From the NCBI GenBank assembly GCA_016780365.1, contig JADHMB010000004.1:6160-70159 (forward strand): DNA of 64,000 nt, read 5' to 3'. Numbering within the stretch: position 1 is the first letter of the stretch; the number at the start of each line of letters is the position of its first letter. This document shows positions 37,992 to 47,387 of the stretch, piece by piece. The stretch is from Flavobacteriales bacterium. GTDB taxonomy: Bacteria > Bacteroidota > Bacteroidia > Flavobacteriales_D > Parvicellaceae. The notes under the pieces were generated by a model, which saw only the letters and a list, made by a program, of their open reading frames with translations, was not told the DNA's origin and searched no databases. The translations under genes and the position numbers were made by a program.

Positions 37992-38783
37992 TTATTTGGC
38001 ACTTAAAACCTTATTTATTTTTCTATTCATCTTTGTACTTTGCTCATCGGCGAGTAACGCATCTACTAAGATTCTACCACTATGTTCGTCAACTATAATT
38101 TTCTTTCTAGCTGCAATATCTAATTGAACTTGCGGTGGTATTTTAATAAAAGATCCACCTGATGCTCCTCTTTCAACAGGAACTACAGCCAAACCGTTTT
38201 TAGAAGCTCCTCTTATCCTATTATAAGCTTTTAAAAATCTTTCATCAATAGATTTAGAAGCTTTAAGTGATTCTTCCATTAATATTTTCTCTTCTCTTTC
38301 AGTTTCTGAAATAATTTCTTCTAATTTTTTTTTCTTATCTTCTAAAGCTTCTTCTTTAGACTTGTGAAGGTTTTGAATTTCTTCTAAAATTTCTTTTTTA
38401 CCATCAATTCTTGCTGAATTTTCTTTAATTCTTTTTTCTGCCAATTGAGCTTCTAATTCTTGGTACTCAATTTCTTTACTTAAAGAATCAAATTCTCTGT
38501 TATTTCTAACATTTTTTTGTTTCTCTAAATATTTCTTGATGGAAGACTTAGATTCCTCTATAATATTTTTCTTTTCTAAAATTAGTTGCTTAAGTCCTTC
38601 AGTTTCTTCTTCAACTTTTTCCAATCTTTTGTTAAGACCAACCATTTCGTCCTCCAAATCTTTAACTTCCATAGGTAATTCTCCTCTTACCTCCCTCATA
38701 TTATCTATTCTAGAATGAATGAATTGAAGATTGAATAATGATCTTAAAGTTTCTTCTGGTGTGTATTTTTTTGTTCTGGCCAT
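37992..38783 (-). CDS. COG1579-type coiled-coil protein with a degenerate (Cys-less) C-terminal zinc-ribbon region
   Basis: A long coiled coil is followed by ERGASGGSFIKIPPQ...IIVDEHSGRILVD. The gene lies immediately downstream of a Nif3-like gene, which is the usual Nif3/COG1579 pairing. Confidence 0.7.
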   Translation of the reverse strand: MARTKKYTPEETLRSLFNLQFIHSRIDNMREVRGELPMEVKDLEDEMVGLNKRLEKVEEETEGLKQLILEKKNIIEESKSSIKKYLEKQKNVRNNREFDSLSKEIEYQELEAQLAEKRIKENSARIDGKKEILEEIQNLHKSKEEALEDKKKKLEEIISETEREEKILMEESLKASKSIDERFLKAYNRIRGASKNGLAVVPVERGASGGSFIKIPPQVQLDIAARKKIIVDEHSGRILVDALLADEQSTKMNRKINKVLSAK

Positions 38784-38785
38784 TT

Positions 38786-39874
38786 TTATAAATAATTAAT
38801 TGGATTAGTATTAACTGTTGTTAAACGGATTGCAAAATTAGTAAATTTTTTCATTAAAAATTCACTTATTAAATCTATTGTGAATTGTTCGGACTCATAA
38901 TGGCCAATATCAGCAATTAAAATTCTGTTTTCAGCTTCAAAAAACTGATGGTATTTATAATCAGAAGTGATAAAAATATCCGCTTTTTCTGCCATAGCAT
39001 TTTTTAATAAAAAACTTCCTGAACCACCGCATAAAGCAACCTTTTTAATTGGCTTGTTAATTAATTTAGTGTGTCTGATACCTGCTGCGTGAAACTTTTT
39101 CTTAATTAAATTTAGAAATTCTAGCTCTTCTATTGGCTTTTCTAGCTCTCCAATCATCCCTGAACCTGTGTTAGAATTATTTTGAAGTTTAAAAATATCA
39201 TAAGCAACTTCTTCATAAGGATGAGCGCTATTCATAGATTGAATTATGTCAGAAAGAAGATAATCTGGAAAAATAACTTCTAATTTTTCTTCTTTTACTT
39301 TTTCTAGCCTACCTTCTTTTCCCTTAAATGGTTTTGAGCCTGAAACAGGAAGAAAACTTCCTTCTCCATAAGAAGAAAAAATACAATTTTTATAATTTCC
39401 TATGTTTCCTGCTCCTGAGCTAAAAAGAGCTTGAGAAACTTGTTCTGAATGAGATTCTGGAACAAAAACTGCCAATTTTAGAAGATTTTGCTTTGGTAGA
39501 AGAATCTTTTTTCTTTTAAGACCAATAATTTCTGCAATTTTAGCATTTACTCCATTTTTAACATTGTCCAAGTTAGTGTGAATCGCATAAATATTTATAT
39601 GATTTTTAATAGCTTTAAAAACAATAGAACCTGTTAATGAGTTGTTAGTTACACTTTTGATTTCTCCAAAAATAACAGGATGATGAGCTACTATTAAGTT
39701 ACACTTTTGATTAATAGCATCGTCAATAACTTCTAAGGTAACATCTAAAGATACCAATACCCCTTTTAGCTCACTATTGTAATCCCCAACTTGAAGTCCA
39801 GAATTGTCGTAACTCTCTTGTAAATGCAAAGGAGCTATTTTTTCTAAATATTTTGTTACATCTTTGACTATCAT
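38786..39874 (-). CDS. Nif3-like dinuclear metal centre protein (YqfO/YbgI family)
   Basis: Has DNSGLQVG, LIVAHHPVIF, IYAIHTNLD, an inserted PII-like middle domain, and a C-terminal ADIGHYESEQ. Confidence 0.85.
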   Translation of the reverse strand: MIVKDVTKYLEKIAPLHLQESYDNSGLQVGDYNSELKGVLVSLDVTLEVIDDAINQKCNLIVAHHPVIFGEIKSVTNNSLTGSIVFKAIKNHINIYAIHTNLDNVKNGVNAKIAEIIGLKRKKILLPKQNLLKLAVFVPESHSEQVSQALFSSGAGNIGNYKNCIFSSYGEGSFLPVSGSKPFKGKEGRLEKVKEEKLEVIFPDYLLSDIIQSMNSAHPYEEVAYDIFKLQNNSNTGSGMIGELEKPIEELEFLNLIKKKFHAAGIRHTKLINKPIKKVALCGGSGSFLLKNAMAEKADIFITSDYKYHQFFEAENRILIADIGHYESEQFTIDLISEFLMKKFTNFAIRLTTVNTNPINYL

Positions 39875-39904
39875 AATTTGAAAAATGAATTCAAATATAA
39901 AACA

Positions 39905-40936
39905 ATGAAATGGTACAATTGGATATTATTGCCAATATCATTGGTGTATTGGATAATTACCAGTACAAGAAATTTATTTTTTGAGATTGAAATATTCAAG
40001 CAGAATAAATTTAATATTCCAATTGTTGGAGTAGGAAATATAACAGTGGGAGGAACAGGAAAAACACCACATTCACAATATATTTCTGAATTATTACAAA
40101 ACAATTTCAAGATTGCTATTTTATCCAAGGGATATGGAAGAAGAACAAAAGAATTTAAATATGTAAATATAGATAGCAACTGTGATGAAGTTGGAGACGA
40201 GCCTCTTCAAATGAAAAGAAATTTACCAAAAGAAATTGTTGCAGTAGACCATAAAAGAGTAAATGGAGTAAATAAAATTATGAAGGAACACCCTGAAATA
40301 AACTGTATTATTCTTGATGATGCATTTCAACACAGAACCGTTAAAATTGGCTTTAATATTTTACTTTGTGACTACAACAACCCTATTTATAATGATTGGA
40401 TGTTGCCAGTTGGCCTTCTTAGAGAATCTAAGAAAGGAATTAAAAGAGCAGATTGTGTGGTAATTTCTAAGTGTCCTGAAAATTTAACCTTGGAAGAATC
40501 TAATAGAATAAAGAAAAAACTAAATTTCACAAAAGAGGTTTTTTTTAGTAAAATAATTTATGACAAAATAGTTTCTTTAAATGGAAATAAAACCATTGAA
40601 AAATCATCCCTAAAAAAGGTATTATTGGTTACTGGAATTGCAAATTCTAGTCCAATTATTGAATATTTAGATAAATTAAATATTCAAATTAAACATCTTA
40701 AATATAAAGACCACTTTCAATACCAAAAAAAGGATATTAATAAAATTATTGATAATTACAAAAAAGAAAACAGCGAAATAATAATATTAACTACTGAGAA
40801 AGATGCTCAGAAAATGCAGGAATTTGAAGAATTATCGAGGTTTCCTGTATACTATTTAAAAGTTAGTATTGATTTTATAAGGAATAAAGATAAATTTGAA
40901 GAAAAAATTATGAAGTATGTTAGAGCTCATTCATAA
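39905..40936 (+). CDS. lpxK: Tetraacyldisaccharide 4'-kinase
   Basis: Has the P-loop VGNITVGGTGKTP and ILSKGYGR. The ORF opens at 39878, but the ATG at 39905 (MKWYNWILLPISLVYWIITSTRN) gives the usual LpxK N-terminal helix. Confidence 0.88.
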   Translation: MKWYNWILLPISLVYWIITSTRNLFFEIEIFKQNKFNIPIVGVGNITVGGTGKTPHSQYISELLQNNFKIAILSKGYGRRTKEFKYVNIDSNCDEVGDEPLQMKRNLPKEIVAVDHKRVNGVNKIMKEHPEINCIILDDAFQHRTVKIGFNILLCDYNNPIYNDWMLPVGLLRESKKGIKRADCVVISKCPENLTLEESNRIKKKLNFTKEVFFSKIIYDKIVSLNGNKTIEKSSLKKVLLVTGIANSSPIIEYLDKLNIQIKHLKYKDHFQYQKKDINKIIDNYKKENSEIIILTTEKDAQKMQEFEELSRFPVYYLKVSIDFIRNKDKFEEKIMKYVRAHS

Positions 40937-41729
40937 CAGCGTTGAGTATTTAAAAAAGGCAACTGACTTTCAACCAGAAATTGGCATTATTTTAGGGACA
41001 GGGCTTGGTGGTTTAGTGGATGAAATTAAAACAGAAAAATCTATCTCCTACAAAGATATTCCCAACTTTCCTGTTTCCACAGTAGAAGGACACCAAGGGA
41101 AATTAATATTTGGTTTATTGGGGAATAAAAAAGTAATTGCAATGCAAGGTAGATTTCATTTTTATGAGGGCTACACAATGAGTCAAATTGTATTCCCTAT
41201 AAGAGTAATGAAGTTTATGGGCATTAATAAATTAATTGTAAGCAATGCCTCCGGAGGAGTAAATCCCAATTTTGAAATTGGAGATATTATGATAATTAAT
41301 GACCATATAAATCTTTTTCCAACCAATCCTTTAATTGGTCCTAACATAGAAGAACTTGGAACTAGATTTCCCGATATGAGCGATGCATACGATGAAAATC
41401 TTATAGCCCTAGCTCAATCTCTTTCAAAAAATTTAAATATTAAAACGGTAAATGGTGTTTATGCAGGTCTAACCGGTCCGACTCTTGAGACACCAGCAGA
41501 ATATTCCTACATTAGGAAAATAGGTGCCGATGCGGTTGGAATGAGTACAGTTCCAGAAGTTATTGCAGCTAGACATATGCAAATTCCCTGTTTCGGATTA
41601 TCTATAATAACCGATTTAGGAGTTCCAGGAAAAATTGTAAAAGTAACCCACCAAGATGTACAAAATGTTGCTTCTAAAGCAGAACAAAACTTGACAAAAC
41701 TTATTAAAAAACTCTTAGAATCTATTTAG
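40917..41729 (+). CDS. Purine nucleoside phosphorylase (trimeric PNP/PunA type)
   Basis: IGIILGTGLG, VEGHQGKL, MQGRFHFYEGY, SNASGG, GPT.ETPAE and VGMSTVPE. Confidence 0.9.
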   Translation: MLELIHNSVEYLKKATDFQPEIGIILGTGLGGLVDEIKTEKSISYKDIPNFPVSTVEGHQGKLIFGLLGNKKVIAMQGRFHFYEGYTMSQIVFPIRVMKFMGINKLIVSNASGGVNPNFEIGDIMIINDHINLFPTNPLIGPNIEELGTRFPDMSDAYDENLIALAQSLSKNLNIKTVNGVYAGLTGPTLETPAEYSYIRKIGADAVGMSTVPEVIAARHMQIPCFGLSIITDLGVPGKIVKVTHQDVQNVASKAEQNLTKLIKKLLESI

Positions 41730-41731
41730 AA

Positions 41732-43189
41732 ATGGAGCTAGAAAATGTATTATCAAAATACGAGCCTGTAATAGGAATTGAAATTCATGCACAGCTTAAA
41801 ACAAATACAAAGGCATATTGTAGCGATAAAAATGAATTTGGAGCCACACCTAACACCCTAACTTCACCAATATCACTAGGCCACCCTGGGACATTACCAA
41901 AATTCAATAAAGAATTAGTAAATCATGCTGTAAAATTAGGCTTGGCTTTAGATTGTGATATAACAAGAGAAATGCATTTTGATAGAAAAAATTATTTCTA
42001 TGCAGATTTGCCTAAGGGATACCAGATAACTCAAGACAAAAAACCAATCTGTAAAAATGGTAAAATTTTAATTAGATTAGAAAATAACAAAACCAAGGAT
42101 ATTGAATTAACTAGGATTCATATGGAAGAAGATTCTGGTAAAAGCATACACGATTTAGACCCATTTAATACCCTTATAGATCTAAACAGAGCAGGCGTTC
42201 CACTTTTGGAAATAGTCACTGAACCAGTAATTAAAACTTCCAACGAAGCCTATCAATATGTTTCTGAAATAAGAAAACTTCTAAGGTATTTGGATATATG
42301 TGATGGGAATATGGAAGAAGGGAGTATGAGATGTGACGTAAATATTTCAATTATGCCCATTGGAAACGATAAATTTGGAGATCGAGTAGAAATTAAAAAT
42401 CTAAATTCCATTAGAAATGTTCAAAGGTCTATTGATTATGAAATTGTTAGACAAGCAAAATTATTGGATAAAAACAAGAAAGTAAATGTAGAAACAAGAA
42501 CTTTTGATGCGCCAAGTGGAAAAACTAGCGCTATGCGAAAAAAAGAAGCAGCACACGATTATAGATATTTTCCAGAACCAGATTTGAATCCAATAAAAAT
42601 TGAAGAAAAACTGCTCATGGATATTCAATCATCTATGCCTAATCTTCCAAATGATTTATTTGAAAAATTTACTACCAAATATGGACTGTCTAATTACGAT
42701 GCTTTAGTAATTATTGAGCAAAAAGAAATTGCTTTTTATTACGAAAGTATTTTAGAATTTACCAAAAACTATAAAGGAGCAACCAATTGGCTAATGGGAA
42801 GTATTAAATCCTACTTAAATCAAAAGGCAGTAGAAATAACAAATTTCCCAATTAAAGCTGAAAACATTGGCATTCTTATAAATATGATTGATGATGGAAT
42901 AATTACTCATTCTTTGGCCAGCCAAAAATTATTTCCAGAAATGTTAAAATATCCACTCGAAAATCCAAATTCAATAGCTAAAAAAAACCAGTGGATCAAT
43001 CAACAAAACGAAAATAATTTAGAAGTCTTGATAAAAGAAATATTGGATAAAAATCCCGAAGAAAAAGAAAGATTTAAAAATGGAGAAAAAAAACTTACTG
43101 GTTTTTTCATTGGTAAAATAATGAAGGCATCCAATGGTACCGCCGATCCAAAAAAAATAAATCAATTACTCAACCAATTAACCAATTAA
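41732..43189 (+). CDS. gatB: Asp-tRNA(Asn)/Glu-tRNA(Gln) amidotransferase subunit B
   Basis: YEPVIGIEIHAQL, HPGTLP, DRKNYFYADLPKGYQITQ, HMEEDSGK, MRCDVNIS, and a C-terminal GatB/YqeY domain. Confidence 0.93.
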   Translation: MELENVLSKYEPVIGIEIHAQLKTNTKAYCSDKNEFGATPNTLTSPISLGHPGTLPKFNKELVNHAVKLGLALDCDITREMHFDRKNYFYADLPKGYQITQDKKPICKNGKILIRLENNKTKDIELTRIHMEEDSGKSIHDLDPFNTLIDLNRAGVPLLEIVTEPVIKTSNEAYQYVSEIRKLLRYLDICDGNMEEGSMRCDVNISIMPIGNDKFGDRVEIKNLNSIRNVQRSIDYEIVRQAKLLDKNKKVNVETRTFDAPSGKTSAMRKKEAAHDYRYFPEPDLNPIKIEEKLLMDIQSSMPNLPNDLFEKFTTKYGLSNYDALVIIEQKEIAFYYESILEFTKNYKGATNWLMGSIKSYLNQKAVEITNFPIKAENIGILINMIDDGIITHSLASQKLFPEMLKYPLENPNSIAKKNQWINQQNENNLEVLIKEILDKNPEEKERFKNGEKKLTGFFIGKIMKASNGTADPKKINQLLNQLTN

Positions 43190-43193
43190 AAAA

Positions 43194-44336
43194 ATGAAAA
43201 AAATTATTTCAATTTTACTGATTTTAGTTATAATAAGCTGTAAAGGGGAAAAAGCAACTATTAATAATGAGAATAATTATTTTTTAGAATTTATCCAACA
43301 AACCGATCAGTATATTTATTTATATAAAATTGATCGAAACAACCCTTTAAAAATTGATTCGTCAAAATCCAATAAAGGAATTCATCAATTTAATATTAGT
43401 ATACAGAAATCGGATATTTTTTTAGTTGGTACTTCCCCAGAAAAAAGTGTTCTTTTTATAGGAAGCCCTAATGAGCGCAATAAATTTCTTTTTACAAATG
43501 GAGAGTATAACGAATTGGTTGTAACAGGTGATTCCACCAACATATTGTTACAAAAATACTTTAGGTTTAGAAATAATATTATAAGTCAGATACAAAGTAT
43601 AAATACTCCCAGCGAAGAAGAAAAAATAATAGCTAGAAATAGTATCCTAATAAACTATCAATCTTATATAAAAAAGTTTATTAATGAAAATAAAAACTCA
43701 CCATCAATCATAATGCTTCTTGGAGAAATTCAGAACCCCATAGATTTTAAAAATGAGTTAATGATAATTAAAAATATAGTTCAGGAAAAATTTGAAAAAC
43801 AAAAATATTTGAATGAAGTAGTAAAGCTAATAGAACAAGCCAAACAGCAAGAAGATTATATATTTCAACAAAAAAATAGAGTTAACGAAGAGAAGAACAT
43901 AAGAGAACAATTAGGGATAAATATAGGAGCAATTGCACCTGAAATAAATCTTAAAAGTCCCGATGGAAAGTTGATAGCTTTAAGCTCACTTAAGGGAAAA
44001 GTAGTGCTTTTAGACTTTTGGGCTTCGTGGTGCAGACCTTGTAGAGCTGAAAACCCTAACGTAGTTAGACTATATAACAAGTATAAAGACAAAGGGTTTA
44101 CAGTCTACAGCGTTTCTCTAGACCAAAACAAAGACAAATGGATGGCTGCAATAACTCAAGACCAATTGACATGGTCGAATCATGTTAGTGAGCTTACTGG
44201 TTGGAAATCTTCAGCTGGTAATAAATATGGAGTCTCTAGTATTCCTAAAACATTTTTAATTGATGCTAAAGGAAAAATAATAGCTTATGATTTAAGAGGA
44301 AATGATTTAGAAAAAAAACTTTCTGAAATACTGTAA
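43194..44336 (+). CDS. TlpA-family thiol:disulfide oxidoreductase lipoprotein (N-terminal DUF4369-like region plus thioredoxin fold)
   Basis: Lipobox LVIISC. The C-terminal domain carries LLDFWASWCRPCRAENP. Confidence 0.8.
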   Translation: MKKIISILLILVIISCKGEKATINNENNYFLEFIQQTDQYIYLYKIDRNNPLKIDSSKSNKGIHQFNISIQKSDIFLVGTSPEKSVLFIGSPNERNKFLFTNGEYNELVVTGDSTNILLQKYFRFRNNIISQIQSINTPSEEEKIIARNSILINYQSYIKKFINENKNSPSIIMLLGEIQNPIDFKNELMIIKNIVQEKFEKQKYLNEVVKLIEQAKQQEDYIFQQKNRVNEEKNIREQLGINIGAIAPEINLKSPDGKLIALSSLKGKVVLLDFWASWCRPCRAENPNVVRLYNKYKDKGFTVYSVSLDQNKDKWMAAITQDQLTWSNHVSELTGWKSSAGNKYGVSSIPKTFLIDAKGKIIAYDLRGNDLEKKLSEIL

Positions 44337-44345
44337 ATTATAAGT

Positions 44346-47300
44346 ATGAAGCGTCTAATCATAACAATAACAACCTGTTTTGTTGTATTAATTTCTAATA
44401 GTCAAGAATACTTTCAACAAAAAGTAGATACTTATATAGATGTTGAATTGGATGATGAAAATCATATTTTACGAGGTTTTGAAAAAATGGTTTATTACAA
44501 CAACTCCTCTTTAAATTTGGATAAGATTATTATTCATCTTTGGCCAAATGCTTATAAGAATAGTAATACAAACCTCGCTAAACAAAAATATTCTGATGGG
44601 AGCACTTCTTTTAAATATGCCGACTCCATAGACTTAGGCTATATAGACTCTCTTGATTTTAAAGTAAATGGCGAAATTGTAAAGTGGCAATTTTTAAATG
44701 AACAAATAGACATTTCTGAACTCCTTCTTACAAAACCTTTAAAGCCAGGAGATTCAATTATAATCACGACGCCATTTAGAGTTAAGATTCCCTCTGGCAA
44801 GTTTTCAAGACTTGGTCACATAGGTCAGTCTTATCAAATTACGCAGTGGTTTGCCAAACCTGCAGTATTTGATAAAAATGGATGGCATCCAATGTCTTAT
44901 TTAGATCAAGGAGAATTTTTCTCAGAATTTGGGAATTACGATGTAAGTATAACAGTACCAAAAAATTATGTACTTATGGCAACAGGAGATTTACAGAACA
45001 AAGAAGAGCTTGAGTTTCTCAATGAAAAAGCAGAATTAACCTCTCAACTTATAAAAGAAAACAAACTACCTGTTAGAGATTCTCTTGGCAGAAAAGACAT
45101 GAGTTTCCCGAAGAGTAGCGTAGAGAAAAAAACATTAAGATTCATTCAAAAAAACGTTCATGATTTTGCGTGGTTCACAGACAAAAGGTATCACGTATTA
45201 AAAGGGGAAGTAAATGTAAATAATAGAAAAATAACATCTTGGGCATTATTCACCAATAACGAGGCCAAGCTATGGAGAAGATCTATAGAATATATCAATG
45301 ATGCAACTCGATATTTCTCAAAATGGGTTGGAGAATATCCATACAACCATGTAACAGCAGTTGATGGAACTATTAGTGCAGGAGGTGGAATGGAATATCC
45401 AAATATCACAGTAATAGGCAGTTCTGGAGATAGTAAATCGCTTGAAACAGTAATTGTTCATGAAGTTGGCCACAACTGGTATTATGGGATTCTAGGAAGT
45501 AATGAGAGAGAAAATGCTTGGATGGATGAAGGTCTCAATACCTATATAGAAATAAGATACATGGAAGAAAAATATCCAAATGGATATTTTAGAAAAAAGG
45601 ACTCCACTCAAAATAAATCAAGAGGTATCTCATTAAATATTCCAATGGAAGAAAAAGAATTGCAACATATTGCCTATCAATTTAATGCCTCTAGAAATTA
45701 CGATCAACCCCTGAAAATGGGATCTAAAGATTTTACCCAAATGAATTATGGAGCAATGGTTTATTGTAAAACTGGCATAGGGTTTCATTACTTAAAAGCA
45801 TTCCTAGGAGAAGCGCTTTTTGACAATTGTATGAACGAGTATTTCAATCAATGGAAATTTAAACATCCAAATCCAAATGATATTAAAATAGTATTTGAAA
45901 ATGTTAGCAAGGAAAATTTGGATTGGTTTTTTGAAGATTATATTAAAACCACCAAAAAAACAGACTACTCCTTAAAAAAAGTATCTAAAATAAATGACCA
46001 AGAATACTTAATTAAATTAAAAAATGTGACAGGCTATAATTCTCCTATCCCAGTTCAGATGATTAATGACTCTAACGAAATAATTTCTGAGAAATGGATC
46101 AATGGATTTAAAAAAGACACAACTTTTGTTTACAAAACAAGTGTAAAGCCCTCGAGAATTGCTATGGATTATGATGTGATAACCACAGATTATAATTACA
46201 AGAATCATATAGCAAAAGCAAATGGAATATTTAAATTTTACAAACCAATAAAATTCAAATTTCTTCCAGTAAGTATAAACAATAATAAAGAAAACCTAAT
46301 TTATTATTCCCCAATTATAGCAGGAAATGCTTACGACAAAACAATGGTTGGACTAGTACTTTATAATTCTGGCATAAACGATAAAAAAGTAGAATGGTTG
46401 ATAAATCCTCTTTACGGTTTTGGATCAAAAAAATTGGTTGGATCTGGAAAAATTCAAACCAATATCAATACCAATGGACTTTTCCCAAGAATAGAATTGG
46501 GCTATAAAATTAGAAGTTATAATAACGAACATAATGAACTATACAAAGAACAAAGATGGACCAAGCAGGAGATATTTACAGATTTAAGAATAAAATCTAA
46601 AAACTTAAGAAGCTCACCATTTCAAAATATTATACTTAGAACTATAAGAGTTGATGACTTTGGGCCAGATGGAACATTTATTTGGCCTGCTGAACCAATA
46701 GGAAAAACAGCCTATTATGGGGAAATAGAATACAATTTAAAAAGTAGACAAATTCTAAAACCTAAAGAACTAAAATTAAATTACATATATGGTTTTAATG
46801 AAAATATCAACCTAGTAAATTGTTTACAATTAACTTCGAAAATAGAAAAATCCTACAACAAAAGTTCGGATAAAATTAGATGGAGATTTTTTGCTGGCTA
46901 CCATTTTAACCAAGACATTTCCAAACAGTATTCATTTTATCTTAGCGGAAAAAATGGACGAACAGATTATTTATACGACAACATCTATTTAGGGAGGAAT
47001 TATTCAAATCAAGAACATTTATTATCAAGGCAAAATGATAATTCTTATGGTGGATTTAAGGTAATGGATACCACTTTGAGAAGTAACAGTTGGATGATTT
47101 CCAATAATTTTAAAATGGATATTCCGAAACTTCCAATTGGTATATTTGCCGATCTTGGAATTTTTAAATCTAGTTCGGGAGATAATAAAATTAAATGGGG
47201 ATACAATGCTGGAATATACACTAGCATCGTTGTAAATGAAGAAATAATAGGAATTTATCTTCCTATATTGTATTCTGATAATATAGGAGGAACATTAAAT

Positions 47301-47387
47301 GATTTTAAAGTATTACAAAGAATAAATTTTATATTTAATCTTAAGAGTATAAACCCCTTCACTATTAAAAAAACTATAAAGCCATAA
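44346..47387 (+). CDS. Secreted M1-family zinc metallopeptidase with a C-terminal extension of about 450-500 aa
   Basis: Has a signal peptide, the gluzincin motif VIVHEVGHNWYYG ... WMDEGLNTY, and a beta-rich C-terminal half with no motif I recognise. Confidence 0.75.
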   Translation: MKRLIITITTCFVVLISNSQEYFQQKVDTYIDVELDDENHILRGFEKMVYYNNSSLNLDKIIIHLWPNAYKNSNTNLAKQKYSDGSTSFKYADSIDLGYIDSLDFKVNGEIVKWQFLNEQIDISELLLTKPLKPGDSIIITTPFRVKIPSGKFSRLGHIGQSYQITQWFAKPAVFDKNGWHPMSYLDQGEFFSEFGNYDVSITVPKNYVLMATGDLQNKEELEFLNEKAELTSQLIKENKLPVRDSLGRKDMSFPKSSVEKKTLRFIQKNVHDFAWFTDKRYHVLKGEVNVNNRKITSWALFTNNEAKLWRRSIEYINDATRYFSKWVGEYPYNHVTAVDGTISAGGGMEYPNITVIGSSGDSKSLETVIVHEVGHNWYYGILGSNERENAWMDEGLNTYIEIRYMEEKYPNGYFRKKDSTQNKSRGISLNIPMEEKELQHIAYQFNASRNYDQPLKMGSKDFTQMNYGAMVYCKTGIGFHYLKAFLGEALFDNCMNEYFNQWKFKHPNPNDIKIVFENVSKENLDWFFEDYIKTTKKTDYSLKKVSKINDQEYLIKLKNVTGYNSPIPVQMINDSNEIISEKWINGFKKDTTFVYKTSVKPSRIAMDYDVITTDYNYKNHIAKANGIFKFYKPIKFKFLPVSINNNKENLIYYSPIIAGNAYDKTMVGLVLYNSGINDKKVEWLINPLYGFGSKKLVGSGKIQTNINTNGLFPRIELGYKIRSYNNEHNELYKEQRWTKQEIFTDLRIKSKNLRSSPFQNIILRTIRVDDFGPDGTFIWPAEPIGKTAYYGEIEYNLKSRQILKPKELKLNYIYGFNENINLVNCLQLTSKIEKSYNKSSDKIRWRFFAGYHFNQDISKQYSFYLSGKNGRTDYLYDNIYLGRNYSNQEHLLSRQNDNSYGGFKVMDTTLRSNSWMISNNFKMDIPKLPIGIFADLGIFKSSSGDNKIKWGYNAGIYTSIVVNEEIIGIYLPILYSDNIGGTLNDFKVLQRINFIFNLKSINPFTIKKTIKP

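Noticed and set aside
39871-40179. A 102-aa minus-strand ORF overlaps the 5' end of lpxK.
   Set aside because: It lies entirely antisense to a strongly supported lpxK P-loop region and has low-complexity hydrophobic content with no motif. It is a shadow ORF.
47364-47375. An A7 tract (47367-47373) at the end of the M1 peptidase gene could, by a -1 slip, fuse the peptidase frame to the lpxH frame.
   Set aside because: A fusion of a signal-peptide-bearing secreted peptidase to cytoplasmic-face LpxH is topologically implausible. The tract is not a clean X_XXY_YYZ heptamer in the zero frame. The ATAA (ex-ATGA) junction with an ATA start explains the data more simply.
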